A stretch of 64,000 bases of DNA, taken from Yuukianura sp. NJ FZ-2021. Taxonomy: Eukaryota. The DNA is taken from the NCBI GenBank assembly GCA_046563655.1, contig CM102283.1, positions 2,418,001 through 2,482,000 of the forward strand, in the 5' to 3' direction. This document shows, one piece after another, positions 27,501 to 39,500 of this stretch (its first letter is position 1; every line of letters begins with the position of its first letter). The notes beneath the pieces were generated by a model that saw nothing but the letters and a program-made list of their open reading frames with translations, was not told where the DNA came from and did no database searches. A program made the position numbers and the translations under genes.

Positions 27501-30500
27501 GAAGAATACTTTGACGTTTTTCCATTTCTTTCTGTCTTGCTTGATACATGCTGCAGATGAATCGTAGACACACTTTAGAAAATCGCGTTCATCTACACCA
27601 TTTTCACATTTAAAGTCTTCAAATACCGCCCTGTATTGCGTCACCGTGTTTAGCGATGTGAAAAGTGGTTCTACGGTTATTGGCTCCAAATTTGTTGGAA
27701 GTTGACCTCCATCTTGCGCCAGATCAGAGAAAAAATCCGGATGAACTTCGTAAAAATGTTTTTGCATTTCATCGCGACACGGAAATGTGAGATTGCATGG
27801 TGGACATTTCATTTCACGGTACATGGAGAGAACGCTTGGGCCATCTGTGGGCATCTGTGGTAGTTGTTTTGTTGCTTCGGTCACAATCTCGTCCTCTTCA
27901 TGCTGAATGTGAATGTGTATGAGCAGCTGATTAGCGCATGGGAACTTCTCGTTGCAGATTTCACATGTGTGGCACCCGCGCTTAGATGATGGACCCGGAG
28001 CGGGAGATGCGGATCTTTTCGCCATGTTCTGAAAGCTGTGAATTTATGTAAAATGCATTTGTGAATTTCCAAAATAATGTTATTTAGTTAATGTTAGTTA
28101 TTTAGCTATAAATAATCAAATAATTGGAATAAACAAGCTCCAAAATGTGAAATCGAGTTTTATTAAAAATTTCCTCTGAAAAAGCACTGAAAAAGCACTA
28201 AAAAATGGGATAATAGTTAATAGGTTAGCCTTAATAAATAAGCAAAAAATCGGAATAAACAAGTTCCAAAATGTGAAATCGAGTTTTATTAAAAATTTCC
28301 TTTAAAAAAAGTTCTTCTGAAAAAGCACTGAAAAATCACTGAAAAATCACTAAAAAATGAAATCATTGTTAATAATAGTTAAAAAGTGTCAATGAAATGT
28401 TAAGAAGCCGTTTTATAGGTCAGTTGTTCTTATAATTTATTTATGTTTCCAACATCCATTTTGAAAAGTCACTGAAAAATCGGTTTTTCTGTTGTAACTT
28501 TTTTCAGAGAAGCTTTAAATGAAAACTAAAACCAGTGCTCGATTCCCCATCAAATTCTGAGTCGGTGAGCAACCTTTATGAGTCTTTAAATTTTGAAAAG
28601 CATAAGCCACATGGAAAAAACGTCCAAAATAGTGTTAAAAATAAGCGCGACTTTAAGTGGCTGTAACTTTTAAGGCATTAAGTTTATGTGAAAACTAATT
28701 GCACCAGCGGATTCGCCAGGCAAATGTGTGTTGAAATCAGTACTTTAAGCACTGATTAGTGACAAAATGGAAAAAAACTGAAAATTTTTCCCCCCACCAC
28801 CCCCACCCACCCACCCTACGTCCAACAAATAAGGGAGTTATTGAAAATTTACCGAAATTGGTTGATTTATTGATCTCAATAAGGTTGGTTGTTGTTGAAA
28901 TTTGAATTTGTCTGATATGGCGTTGAGATGTTAACGTGTTGGCTGTTTAAAATAAACTGACCAGTGGAATATTAAAACTTATTATTAAATTTAAAATTTG
29001 CAATGCATGTTGTTGGTCTGTGTGTTAAAAAAGTTGTTTCAAAAGTGTCACGTTCAAACACGTTCGTACAGACTGTTATAGCCCGGGGTGTTGGAAAATT
29101 CTAGGTATCCTTTTCTATTTGAAAATTTCAAAATTCCAATCCCGAAATAGCAAAGTGGAGGGGGAGGCTTGTTCTGCATGTTCAAATTCACATTCAGTTC
29201 ACAGCCAAAAGCCATACAACAACCAAAACTTTTTTAAGTAAAGCAAAGTCCGCTTCAAACTTTTAAAACTTTTCAATTAACTGAAACTTTTCAATTAAAT
29301 TTAACTTAAAGTTAAAGTCCAAAACAATGTCATCTTCATCATCGTTAGTTCCACCGCCAGCGCCGCTTATTCGGCTGAATCCAGCATCTGTACCAGTGCA
29401 GAATCAGCACCTTCAAGAACTTTTGCGCAAAGCCAGTGAAAATCAAAAGTATGTCGACGCTATTGCTGCGGAGCAGCCTCTTCCACAGTACTTTTACGAC
29501 CACTGGGAAGAAATCTTGGAAGTGCTGCTCCTCGACATGAGAGGTAAACCTCTCGGAGTTCCTCGGGAGATTCGCGTCGATTACTCGGCAGTCGTCGATA
29601 GATTTAGAGCAATCAGGTAAGTTTGCTTTTCATTAAAAACTTTATTACACAAATTAAAAACAGTTAATTTAAATTTTAAAAACAGTTAATTTAAATTTCA
29701 AAAACAGTTTAAACACGACAATTTGTTAACTTTATTTCAAAATTTCAGAAACACAACCACTGATCGCGACGAGCTCATCAATATGGTCAACGGAATTGTT
29801 CGTACACAGCGAGGACTCCAGGAAGTACATTCGTACTTCATGCTCAAGAATATCCTTCCGGAACATCGCGCAGACTGGACGGATTCAGTCAACTACACAC
29901 CACTTCCGGACACTGCACAAATTAAAACGGAAATCCCCGCTGCAGATTTGTACTGGGCAAGGGAATTCCCACTCAAGTGCAAAGAGAAGTACTACGATCA
30001 CGGCGTCGTTAAGGTGGCGAAATCTCACGTAGACGAACTTCGGAAAAACCCAGCAAGCGGAACCTTCCCTACTGTTTTCATCGCGTTCATGACGGTTAGT
30101 TGCGTTATATTTTACACATTTACTATTCATTAAATTTACTAATTCAGGAAATTTACTAATCATAAATTTGTTCTGTTTTTGTGTAGAAACTCATGGAAGA
30201 TGTCAGAACTTCAGGGAAAAAATTCACTACATCCCGACGGAGCAAGCATGGCGTTGTGTGAAGTGGAACGTGTCGGAAGATATCCAGCCGGCTTTGGGCT
30301 GTCCCTACTACGACCTAAGAGCGACATCGTTTATGAGCCCGACAATGGACGTGTTGGGCATTATTGATGTGCCGTTTTTGGCCATGCCATCGGACACTGA
30401 GATCCTGCTGGTTAGCGTGAAAATTCCAGGACATATCCTACTAGTAGCTGTTGACATCAAAAATTGGTAAGTTTTAATTTATTATGTTACTTCATTGTGG

Positions 30501-33500
30501 GTTAGCATGTGCTTAATACTGTTGTTTTATTTTTTAGGTGTGGATACTTTTATGACTCATTTGCACCAGCAAGACTCTTCAATGTGAGAATTCAACTGGA
30601 CAGAGTTCTCCGCCACAAATTCAACATGCCTTATTCCATTCGATGGGACTATGCCAACTTTAATCGTAACATATTCTACTCATCATTGGGACCGGCCAAC
30701 AACTGCGGCAGAATTGCTTGTCATGCTGCCCGAATGGTTGTTGACCATGGAAATGCTGATGTCCACAACAACATCGACCTTGCTGGAATGCGGCGGACAT
30801 ATAATCTTATTATAAAGTATGCTAGGAACGCCCGCATTTGTAAGGGCGACAAGTAAACTGTCAGGAAAAAAAAAAAAACGTTAATCAGTCTTAAAATTAT
30901 TTTGTTTGATTTGATTTTTCTTTTATTCAACTTTTTTTAACTTAATAACTTATAAATATTGTTTTTTAAATAATACAATTTACTTTATATTTTTAATTTT
31001 TAACTTTTTTTACGATTTTATTAAACTTTTTAACTTTATAACTTCTTAACTTATTATAAAGAATACAATTTACTTTATATGTAAAACTTTTTTTAAATTT
31101 TGTACTTTTAACATTTATTACAACATTATAAATAATTTAATTATTTCAAGAATTTATTGTCGTTTTATTTAGTTACGTTTGCTCAAACGCTGAAGAGCTA
31201 AGCGACGGCGAAATATGTTTAGCTTAAAAAAAGCAGCAGATTGTTTCAATTCCTTCCGACGACGAATCCATCGTTGGAACTTTTCTTTGCGCAAACGTTG
31301 CAATTTTTCTTCACGCATTTTTAATTGGTATTTTCGATGAGCTTCTTCCAACTCTTTGTCAAATTCAATGGATGACTCCAGAAGTAGCCGCCGGAGTTCC
31401 TGATTTCTCTCCCCACGATGTCGTGCGTCTTCAATACTTCCAAGAGCTTGATACGTCTCGTATCTGCAGCCGTACGTTTCGTATCTGCAGCTGTAGCGAT
31501 GAGGTGTGATGTTAATTACAGTGTCGTCCCGAAAAATCCCGCGCTCAAAGTCAAATTTTTCGGTGAGGGCTAGTAACTCTTCGATGGAACAATTTTTGAA
31601 TAGCGAGATTTCGACTGACGTCCTGAGTGGCGCAATCGCTGTCACAAAGTTTTTCGCCGTAAGGACGCGTCCAATCGGAAAACTTTTTAGACCTGCCAGC
31701 ACAGCTCTAAACATTTGTTTCTTATTGAAATCAAGATGGACGATGTGCGTCTCACCAACACTTATCATAAATGGGGTGTACTCTGCAACTTTGGCGGCCA
31801 TCTTGTCAAGTATTGGCTTGAGTATGGCTAAGGAATCTGGAAATACTTTAGCCAGTTGCAAAGCGCTACGCCTGTCCAAATTTGAAAATATTTCTAATTG
31901 GCACAGGTATGGGAGCTGCTCGAAATCGAATTTATATGTCATTTCGACAATAAAAAATAACTTGGAAATTACTGTTTTTAAAAAGTTTTTTTCAGTTGTT
32001 GACGCGGCAAGAGAGAAGCTGAAAATGAACAACTTTTTAAATTTGTAATACACAAAAAGTATTTGTTTTTTGCTCCGGGCGTTGGAGAATTCAAGGAATT
32101 GACAAGTTCAAACAAGAACTTTCGTTTAAAAGTTCTTGGAATTTGTCGGGCTTCGGGTGTTGGAAAATTCTAGGAATTGTCAAGTTCAACCAAGGACTTT
32201 TGAGTTTTTTCCCTCCCCAATATTGCGGCCGACTAACCCCCGTGGCTGTTCTAAAAATAGGAGGGTGCTGAAGTCCCAACTTGCTATCTACTCACTCTCC
32301 ACGCACAGAGTGTCCATCATTCTCAAATTTCTGTTATTACGCAACTCCAAAAGTCCTTACAATTTCCCAAAATTCAAAATTTTCCAAAAATGGTTCCAAA
32401 ATTCAAAACTTCAAGGGCTCGAAAACTCCAAAATTTTGAAACTTCACACTACCATATCATGAAACTGAACCGTTTGAAAGTCCTGGATGAACTACATGGC
32501 TGCTAAAGATTCCAAATCCAGCAGTGACGTATCTGATCCCCTTAGGATTAGGAAAGATGCAGCCTTATTTCCAAAGAAAAAGATATCAAGGGCCCCCTGA
32601 TTCTCAAAATGTGTCCCTTGGCCCGTCTTTCTAAGCAGTTAGCTCCTCACCCGGGGATTTTTGAATTGAATTCAATTTAAAATTTATCAAAAGAATTCTT
32701 GGTGAGACCTTAGCCAACAATAGAACCAAAAGCTAAGGGACCCCAAGGAGCCCTTCCAGCTTCCTCTTCTTACTCGCATCACACACTGAACATTCTGTTC
32801 AAAACCTCACAAAAATTTCATAACCTCAACTCAAAAGAAATTCTGAACATTTTGAACAACTTGTAATTTGATATCTAGAAACTCCGGAATTTGAAATAAA
32901 AAAAACTCGAAAATTCGAAAACCACAAAAAAATTAAGGTTCCAAACAATCGTTTTCCAATTTCGAAAAGTTTCCGCCTCAAAACACGTAAATGGACTGCG
33001 ACTCCTTTATTTTCACTTTTTTCATGAAAAGTGGAGCAAAATTCGAAATTTAACACAAAAGAGTCACATTTCAGCTGAAATGTTCTTTTTCAATTATTTT
33101 CGTGTTGTCCCAGTTCTTTGTAGTTTTGAAGTTAAAAAAATTGTATGCGTTGCATATTAAATTTATGTCGTCTGTTTTCCATCAAAGTCACCACAAAACT
33201 GACTTTGTGACCTTTAAAAAGCTCATATGGCGCCCAAAAAAATTCAAACCCACCCGCCCTTTGAAGTTTTGAATTTCAAAACCGCTTTTTTTTCAAAATC
33301 AAATTACCGTGCAACTCAATCTGAAAGTCACACCGCGTTAAAACAAAAACCAAACAAAGCACAAGCACAGGAAGAAAAAACTTTTAAAAAAAAAAACAAA
33401 AAGGGGAGTATTGTTGCACTTCAATTTTGTTTGTTTAGGGGCTCACTTTTGAAAATAAAGTTTTCAAAAAAGAAAACAAAGTTAAAAAAAAAACAAAGTT

Positions 33501-36500
33501 TTTAAAATCTCGACACCATGTCACAGTCACTGCACAAACTCAAAAAACTGGATGAGCAGATGAGCTTAGGTGACGTCGAAGTTGAACTTTGAGCGTCAAT
33601 CCTGTTCATAAATTATACCAAGATTGGACTCCATCCAGGACGTCAGGAAATGGACACAATGGAAAGGATTATCCGGCCAAACAACAATGAAAATTTGAAT
33701 CATCGCGCTCTTGGCTTTAGTCGGTGCTCAAGGTCTCAATTTGACTTTTGATGAACAACAACCGCAACAGAGCATCCCATTTTCCAAAATGGAAAATGAC
33801 ATGACATCCTCCACTTATCATCCAGCAACCATGACATTCAACCTAACAACATAACCCATCTCATGAAACTACACAAAAACTATGTTAACTTTACTTTCTA
33901 GGATCAACACCACCAAAACTGTTTAAAAAAAGTTAACTTATGCACATTCCGCCTTCCATAGGACTCCAAATCATCTTCATTTCACTGATGGCACAAAATT
34001 ATACTTTGCGATCCTAAGGTCACGTGACAAAAAATAACACGAAAAACACAAAAACTTCACTTCAACCACACCCAAAATTAGTTACTTCCTCCATTTCCCC
34101 AAATTTTAAGCACTTTTCTGCCATTGCCAAATTCACATTTTAAATTTCTCGCTATTTCCAACTTAAAACTTAAATTTCATGCCAGTTTGAAACTCAAATT
34201 CTACTTTCCCGCCATTTCATAATTTATAGAATGTTCAGGATGTTGAATTTTACAATTTCTTCACCATTTCCCACTTCAAATTTTATCAATGTGTGGCACC
34301 GTTTTGAAAAAAAAAATTCTATTTTGACTTTGAACTTTACCACCATTTTCGGATTTAATTATTTTGAACTTTGCCACCATTTTTGGTAAATCCGTCACTT
34401 TAACTTGGACATTGCACTTCAAATTAACCAAAGCTTCTTAAGCAACTTTTGGCGCCTTTTTTGTACACCGTGATTCACAGGTTCCTTATTTTTTGTACAC
34501 CACGGTCCACCTAACCTAACCTTTTGAATGGCTTAAAATCTAAATAAAAATTTAGGAATCAAACTGCACAAAATTTGAGTGGCACTAAACTTTTCAAAGT
34601 CTCGTTACGAATTGAAGCAATCTTGCGACTATGGCAAATAAAGAAATCATAAATTTCCAAGCGTAGAAATTCATATGTGGCTCATTTGGAAAAGAGTAAT
34701 GGGCAGAAGGATACGGTTCCTTGGTGCTCAAATTAAAAAAAAAAGCATATTTCCCCATTGGCAGTACTCGAGGGAAGGACATTTACTCTAATTCATCGTC
34801 CGTGAACAATTCAAAAACCAACTCTGTACTTAAACATTCAAAATTTCATTTCATTTCACAACTTTTCAAAAAACTCCTTTTCATATAATTTGAAAATGAG
34901 ACAGCAGTACACAGGCTATCAATGAAAGTACGGAGTTGTTACACAAAAATTCAAAATTACCGATATAAAAATTTCAAAAACAAGTTCATCGTCAACGTAA
35001 ACATTCTTCACGCTTTCCCAAGTCAGAGTCAGTTAGGTTACTTAATTCAGAGGAGATTTAGAGAAAGTCAAGTATGAACCTCAATGTCAAGGCACCATGA
35101 CCATGACGAAAGAAGTGAATGTTTAAAGTGACAAAAAGTGTTGCTCCACTTTTCAAATTCAGTATCCCGCCGCCTTTTTAGGCCAAGAGATAAATTATTG
35201 CAAGATTTGGCACTTTGTCTCGCGTTGAGCATGAGACATGGAGATACTCTTCAGAATGTCAATGTCATATGTGCGAAAAGAGTCTCTGTCACTGTCAAGG
35301 ACTCACGAACATGAAATGGTCCATTTGACATGGGACAATGCCAATTACTTGCTAAGCCACAAATAGAAACGCCATTCATAAAACCATTTCGCAATTTAGA
35401 AATTTTACAACGAAAAATTAACATTTCACAAAAAAATATTTAAAAGTTACAAAAATTTTAAAGAAGGAAAGTTAAATATCCAGAAGGTAAAAAATGTGTA
35501 AAGGAACACAGGCAACAAATTCTGAGAGTTCTTTAATAAAAAGTTTGAAATTTTATAAAAAGTTAAAACCCACACTTCTTTTTGAGAAAAAAGTTCAGGA
35601 AGTGAAATAAAGTGGAGAATTATTAACCATAAAAATTACTTTCTCCAGGAGAGAAAGCAAATTCCAACTTTTATCGCCACTCACATTCATCTTTCGATTT
35701 TTTCCGTCATTTTTTTTTCTAAAAATCTTTCCCCCTCATTTTTTTTCTCCAAAAATCGAAATTGAGATAGAATCTAGGTCACACTTCAAAATCACTAAAA
35801 AGCCAATTCCACTTTTAAGTATTAAGTGGTTCACTTGACGTGATACGAATTGATTCACAGAAACTCAATCCTCAATCCCATGGGAATTTCTCAGAACTCT
35901 TTCAAAACCCGGAATCAAAAATCCGTGCAGATAATTTTAGATCTTCAAAGGCAGAAAATTCAATTCAAAATGTAAAAAAAAAATTCAATAAGAAAATAAA
36001 TCTCGTCTTTTTTGGAAAAAGGATTTGAGTTTATCGCGTGCTCCACACATTACCTTTTATGTTTTAAATACTTTTAAATGTTTTACAAATGTCCGCGCCA
36101 GATTCCTTTGAACTTCAAAACATTGTTGGCACCCAATGTGCAATTCCCCGGAATTGGACGTTCCTCCCGGCGCGAAAGAATTTTAATTCAAAATCCCAAA
36201 TGAATGACTTTACAATCCCATTCTCAAAGCTTCTGAGAACCAAAACAGCACAGAAATACTTGCATACTTGCGCATGCTTGCCAGCATCCGCAAGTTGCAT
36301 CTGTCAAACCATAAATGTACAAAGATTTATGACCCGCTCTCTCCACGTGGCGACCCTGGGAGCCTTAAAAGTGCAACTTACTGCAACTGCATTGTTCTCA
36401 AGGCTCCTTTTACCGTAAAACTTCTCATAACCCTCCAGGCGCTTATTTAAACTTTCAGCTTTTCCCACAGACCTGCCAACTCTAACAATAAGTACCGATT

Positions 36501-39500
36501 CTTCGAAATGTCAAATAGAAGTTCTCTGGACTTGTATCTCCCGGCGCTTATTAGAAGTTTTACGGTAATTGCTCCGTGCACTGTGCATAAAAAGTGTAAA
36601 AAATGCACAAAAATGCACAATGACATTCCAGAAAAACGCTTAAGGTGCTATCAGGCTTCCACTTGTTATATGACCAGGCACTTATGCAAATGTCACACCA
36701 TTGTTCCTTCACACAATCAACCGGGCGTGGTTCTCCTAATGTTGGAATTCCACTTTTCATTGTTTTCCCGCCAATTTTGGAATCCCCCAGAAAATGTTAA
36801 ACTTTTCAAACAAAAGAAGCAGTTTAGTCAACTGTTTTAAGCTGATCAGTAAACTGGTGATGACTGATCAGTAGGTGGGCGGATGTTAATGTTTGACACG
36901 AGGAGCTTACAAAACAAAGACCATTTTACGCCTAAATGCCTCCTAACAAGGAAATTCAAAGTCTCTAAACGAGATCGCATTCTGCCTGCCAAAATTTCAA
37001 ATTTCAAACTGGTTTTCAAATCATCCCACGCTTTTCCTTTTGGATCGTCAACTTCAAAATTTCAGCATTCCACAACTCACAACTCCTTAAACAGAACATG
37101 AACCTGCTCCCAGGACACATTTTTAGAAAATTGACATTGACGTTTAATGTGAACATTTTATGAAAACAAAAAAAAAGCGTTGAGTTTTTAATTTTTTTAA
37201 TTTCGGAATTTAAAAATAAAATCGCCTGCCAAGCAAAAACTTCTCAATCCAAACTATAAATCAATGTCATCCTGGCGACATTGGCTTTCTAAAAATGAAA
37301 TCAGACTCCAATTTTTTGAAATTGGCGCCAAATATATTTCTGTTTTTTCAAAATTCGGGTTTTGGCTTTTTTCCATTTACTACTGGGATTCCCTTGAACT
37401 TTGCTTGTAAATAATTTTGTCACAAAGTTGTCCGTAGTCACTTTAGATTCACACGAGCAAAAAAGCTCTTAAATCAAAAAACGGCTCCAACTTCATTCAA
37501 AAAAATTGCAAAATTGCCATTTCCTGCACTCAACAACTACGATTACAAGGCTACACCAACAACTTTTTCAAAAATGCACTGCGCATGCATATTCCGGTTT
37601 CATCGTATTGATTTCAGTGAGTCACAATCACAACGTCCATGTTCCAAATCGACTAGTCCATTAACACTTCCCATAAGTTAAGATTAGAATAACTCTAGAA
37701 GAACGGCAGAGACAACCGGATTTCCAAGTGTAATGAAAGTCTTTACACTTTCAAAAATTGTACCTTGGAAACTTTTTTAAAGATTTGGAGGAAAAAAACT
37801 TTAAAAAAATCAGATTTTCGAAATACCCCTAAAATCCAGTGTTCCAAAAAAGGAAGATTTTGGTTACTTAAAAAAACGATTTTTAGGAATAATGAAACCG
37901 TGATTTTCTTGTGGCTGTGACTCAATGTGTATATTTTTGATGCAAAGAAGAGATAGCGTGTGGAGATGAATCGTGATGCTTAGAAGGGGGGTGACTATAG
38001 CCGATGACCTTTTGACCTGGATCCCCTACGGATCGTTCATAAAACAGATTTGAATTTCGAAATGAGTCAATAATCCCCGCGTATTTGACAAACGTTGGAT
38101 TGACAGAAGGGGGTTTCAAGGCTCGGCAGCACAAAAGCTTTTCAGGAGTCACTCCTCAACAATCGCAGTCACAAAATTTCAAAAAAAAAAAATTGAAAAC
38201 ATTTCGACTTTCGTAAAATCCTCCACGCAAACAATGCTAAACTCAAAACTCAAAACTCTAAACTGTAACTCAAATTGTTTCAAAGCGAACAGCGAACTTC
38301 AAAATAGCAAAAAAAAAAAAAAAAAAAAAAAAAACCAAAGAAAAAATTGTGAAAAACAAGAAGAGTTACCTCGTGGGCGAAATGGAAACAACCGGAACTG
38401 ATTGATTCGTCGTGGGATCCGAATCCGGAGCCATCACAACTACTGGATACTCCCCACCCACATAGTCCAGTGGATCCACAAAACTCGCAATGTAAATCAA
38501 CATTTTCAAAATTTCGAAGAAAAACACAAACTAGAGTCCAACTTTCCAAATTTCAAAAATTAAAATTCGTTCCGGTTTACAAAATTCCTGCTTTCAGTTT
38601 CCCAAAACCTCAAAAACTTTTTCCAACTTTACATTAAACTCAAGCAAAATCAAAAATATCACTCAAATTCTCCAATAAAATCAACGCCCGTCGAAAATCC
38701 AAATCCCACAACTAAAATCTTCACACTTTGCACAAAAATGTTCCTGTTGCGTATTTTGCAACTTTTCAAACAACTTTTAAAACTTTCGAACAATACTTGT
38801 GAAAAGTTTAGTATTGTTGCTAAACCTTTGGACACCTCCTGCTCTTCCCAGCAACAATTGCCAAGTACTCAGTGAAGTTTAGGTGGTTGGACCAAAAGCT
38901 CCTTCCAGAATTGGAGAAGATGATCTTCAGTTGTTCATCTTCTGAACAACCTCAGCAGCATCTTCATCTTCCCAAGTAAAGTCCTCGATAAGGCATAAAG
39001 GAACCACTTGGAAGCAGAAAAGCATTTAGAATGGGGAAATACGTACAATTATACTCAGCATCCGACAGATTGGAAATACGAGATGCTTCCAACATCTGAC
39101 CCAAAACCACCTCCAACAGCATCCAAAACACACAGCAGCTGTTCCTAAGGGCCCCCTTCCAAGGGCTCCCTTAAGAAACTCTCATATTTTCAATTCTTGT
39201 TTTTCAAAATCCCTTCTAAAATTTCTAAGATTTAATGAGTCCCTTACTTCTTTGATTGAAGGGTCCCCCTCCTCCTGACAATCCAAAACTCTAAAAACAA
39301 TTTGTGCTCGAATAAGTACCCCCTCACTCTGATCATAAATTCAACGCACTAAAAGTGTCTTTGTCTGCAGAGGTCAAGGGTCACTCTCCTTTCATTTGTA
39401 TAAACATCTCACGACTTCCCACACCCAACTGTTAGAATTCAAAAACAATTAATCTTTCTTCTGCTACTGTCCTACCCTTAAGTACCCATCAGATAAACAG

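Larger units (their letters stand above)
25430..32290. mobile_element. Remnant of a Polinton/adintovirus-like element (pPolB + Ulp1-like protease + F-box); boundaries approximate
   Basis: Gene-dense island in an otherwise gene-poor intron; PolB similarity stops abruptly at ~25430; no TIR, TSD, capsid, ATPase or integrase recognised. Confidence 0.65.

Noticed and set aside
25774-28072. Short ORFs overlapping PolB on either strand
   Set aside because: Alternative-frame or antisense shadows of the long ORF.
31506-32048. 180-aa plus-strand ORF
   Set aside because: Antisense shadow of the F-box gene with no recognisable motif.
32200-32320. Possible Polinton terminal inverted repeat
   Set aside because: No AGT/AG-repeat terminus or matching inverted copy near 25430 could be identified.
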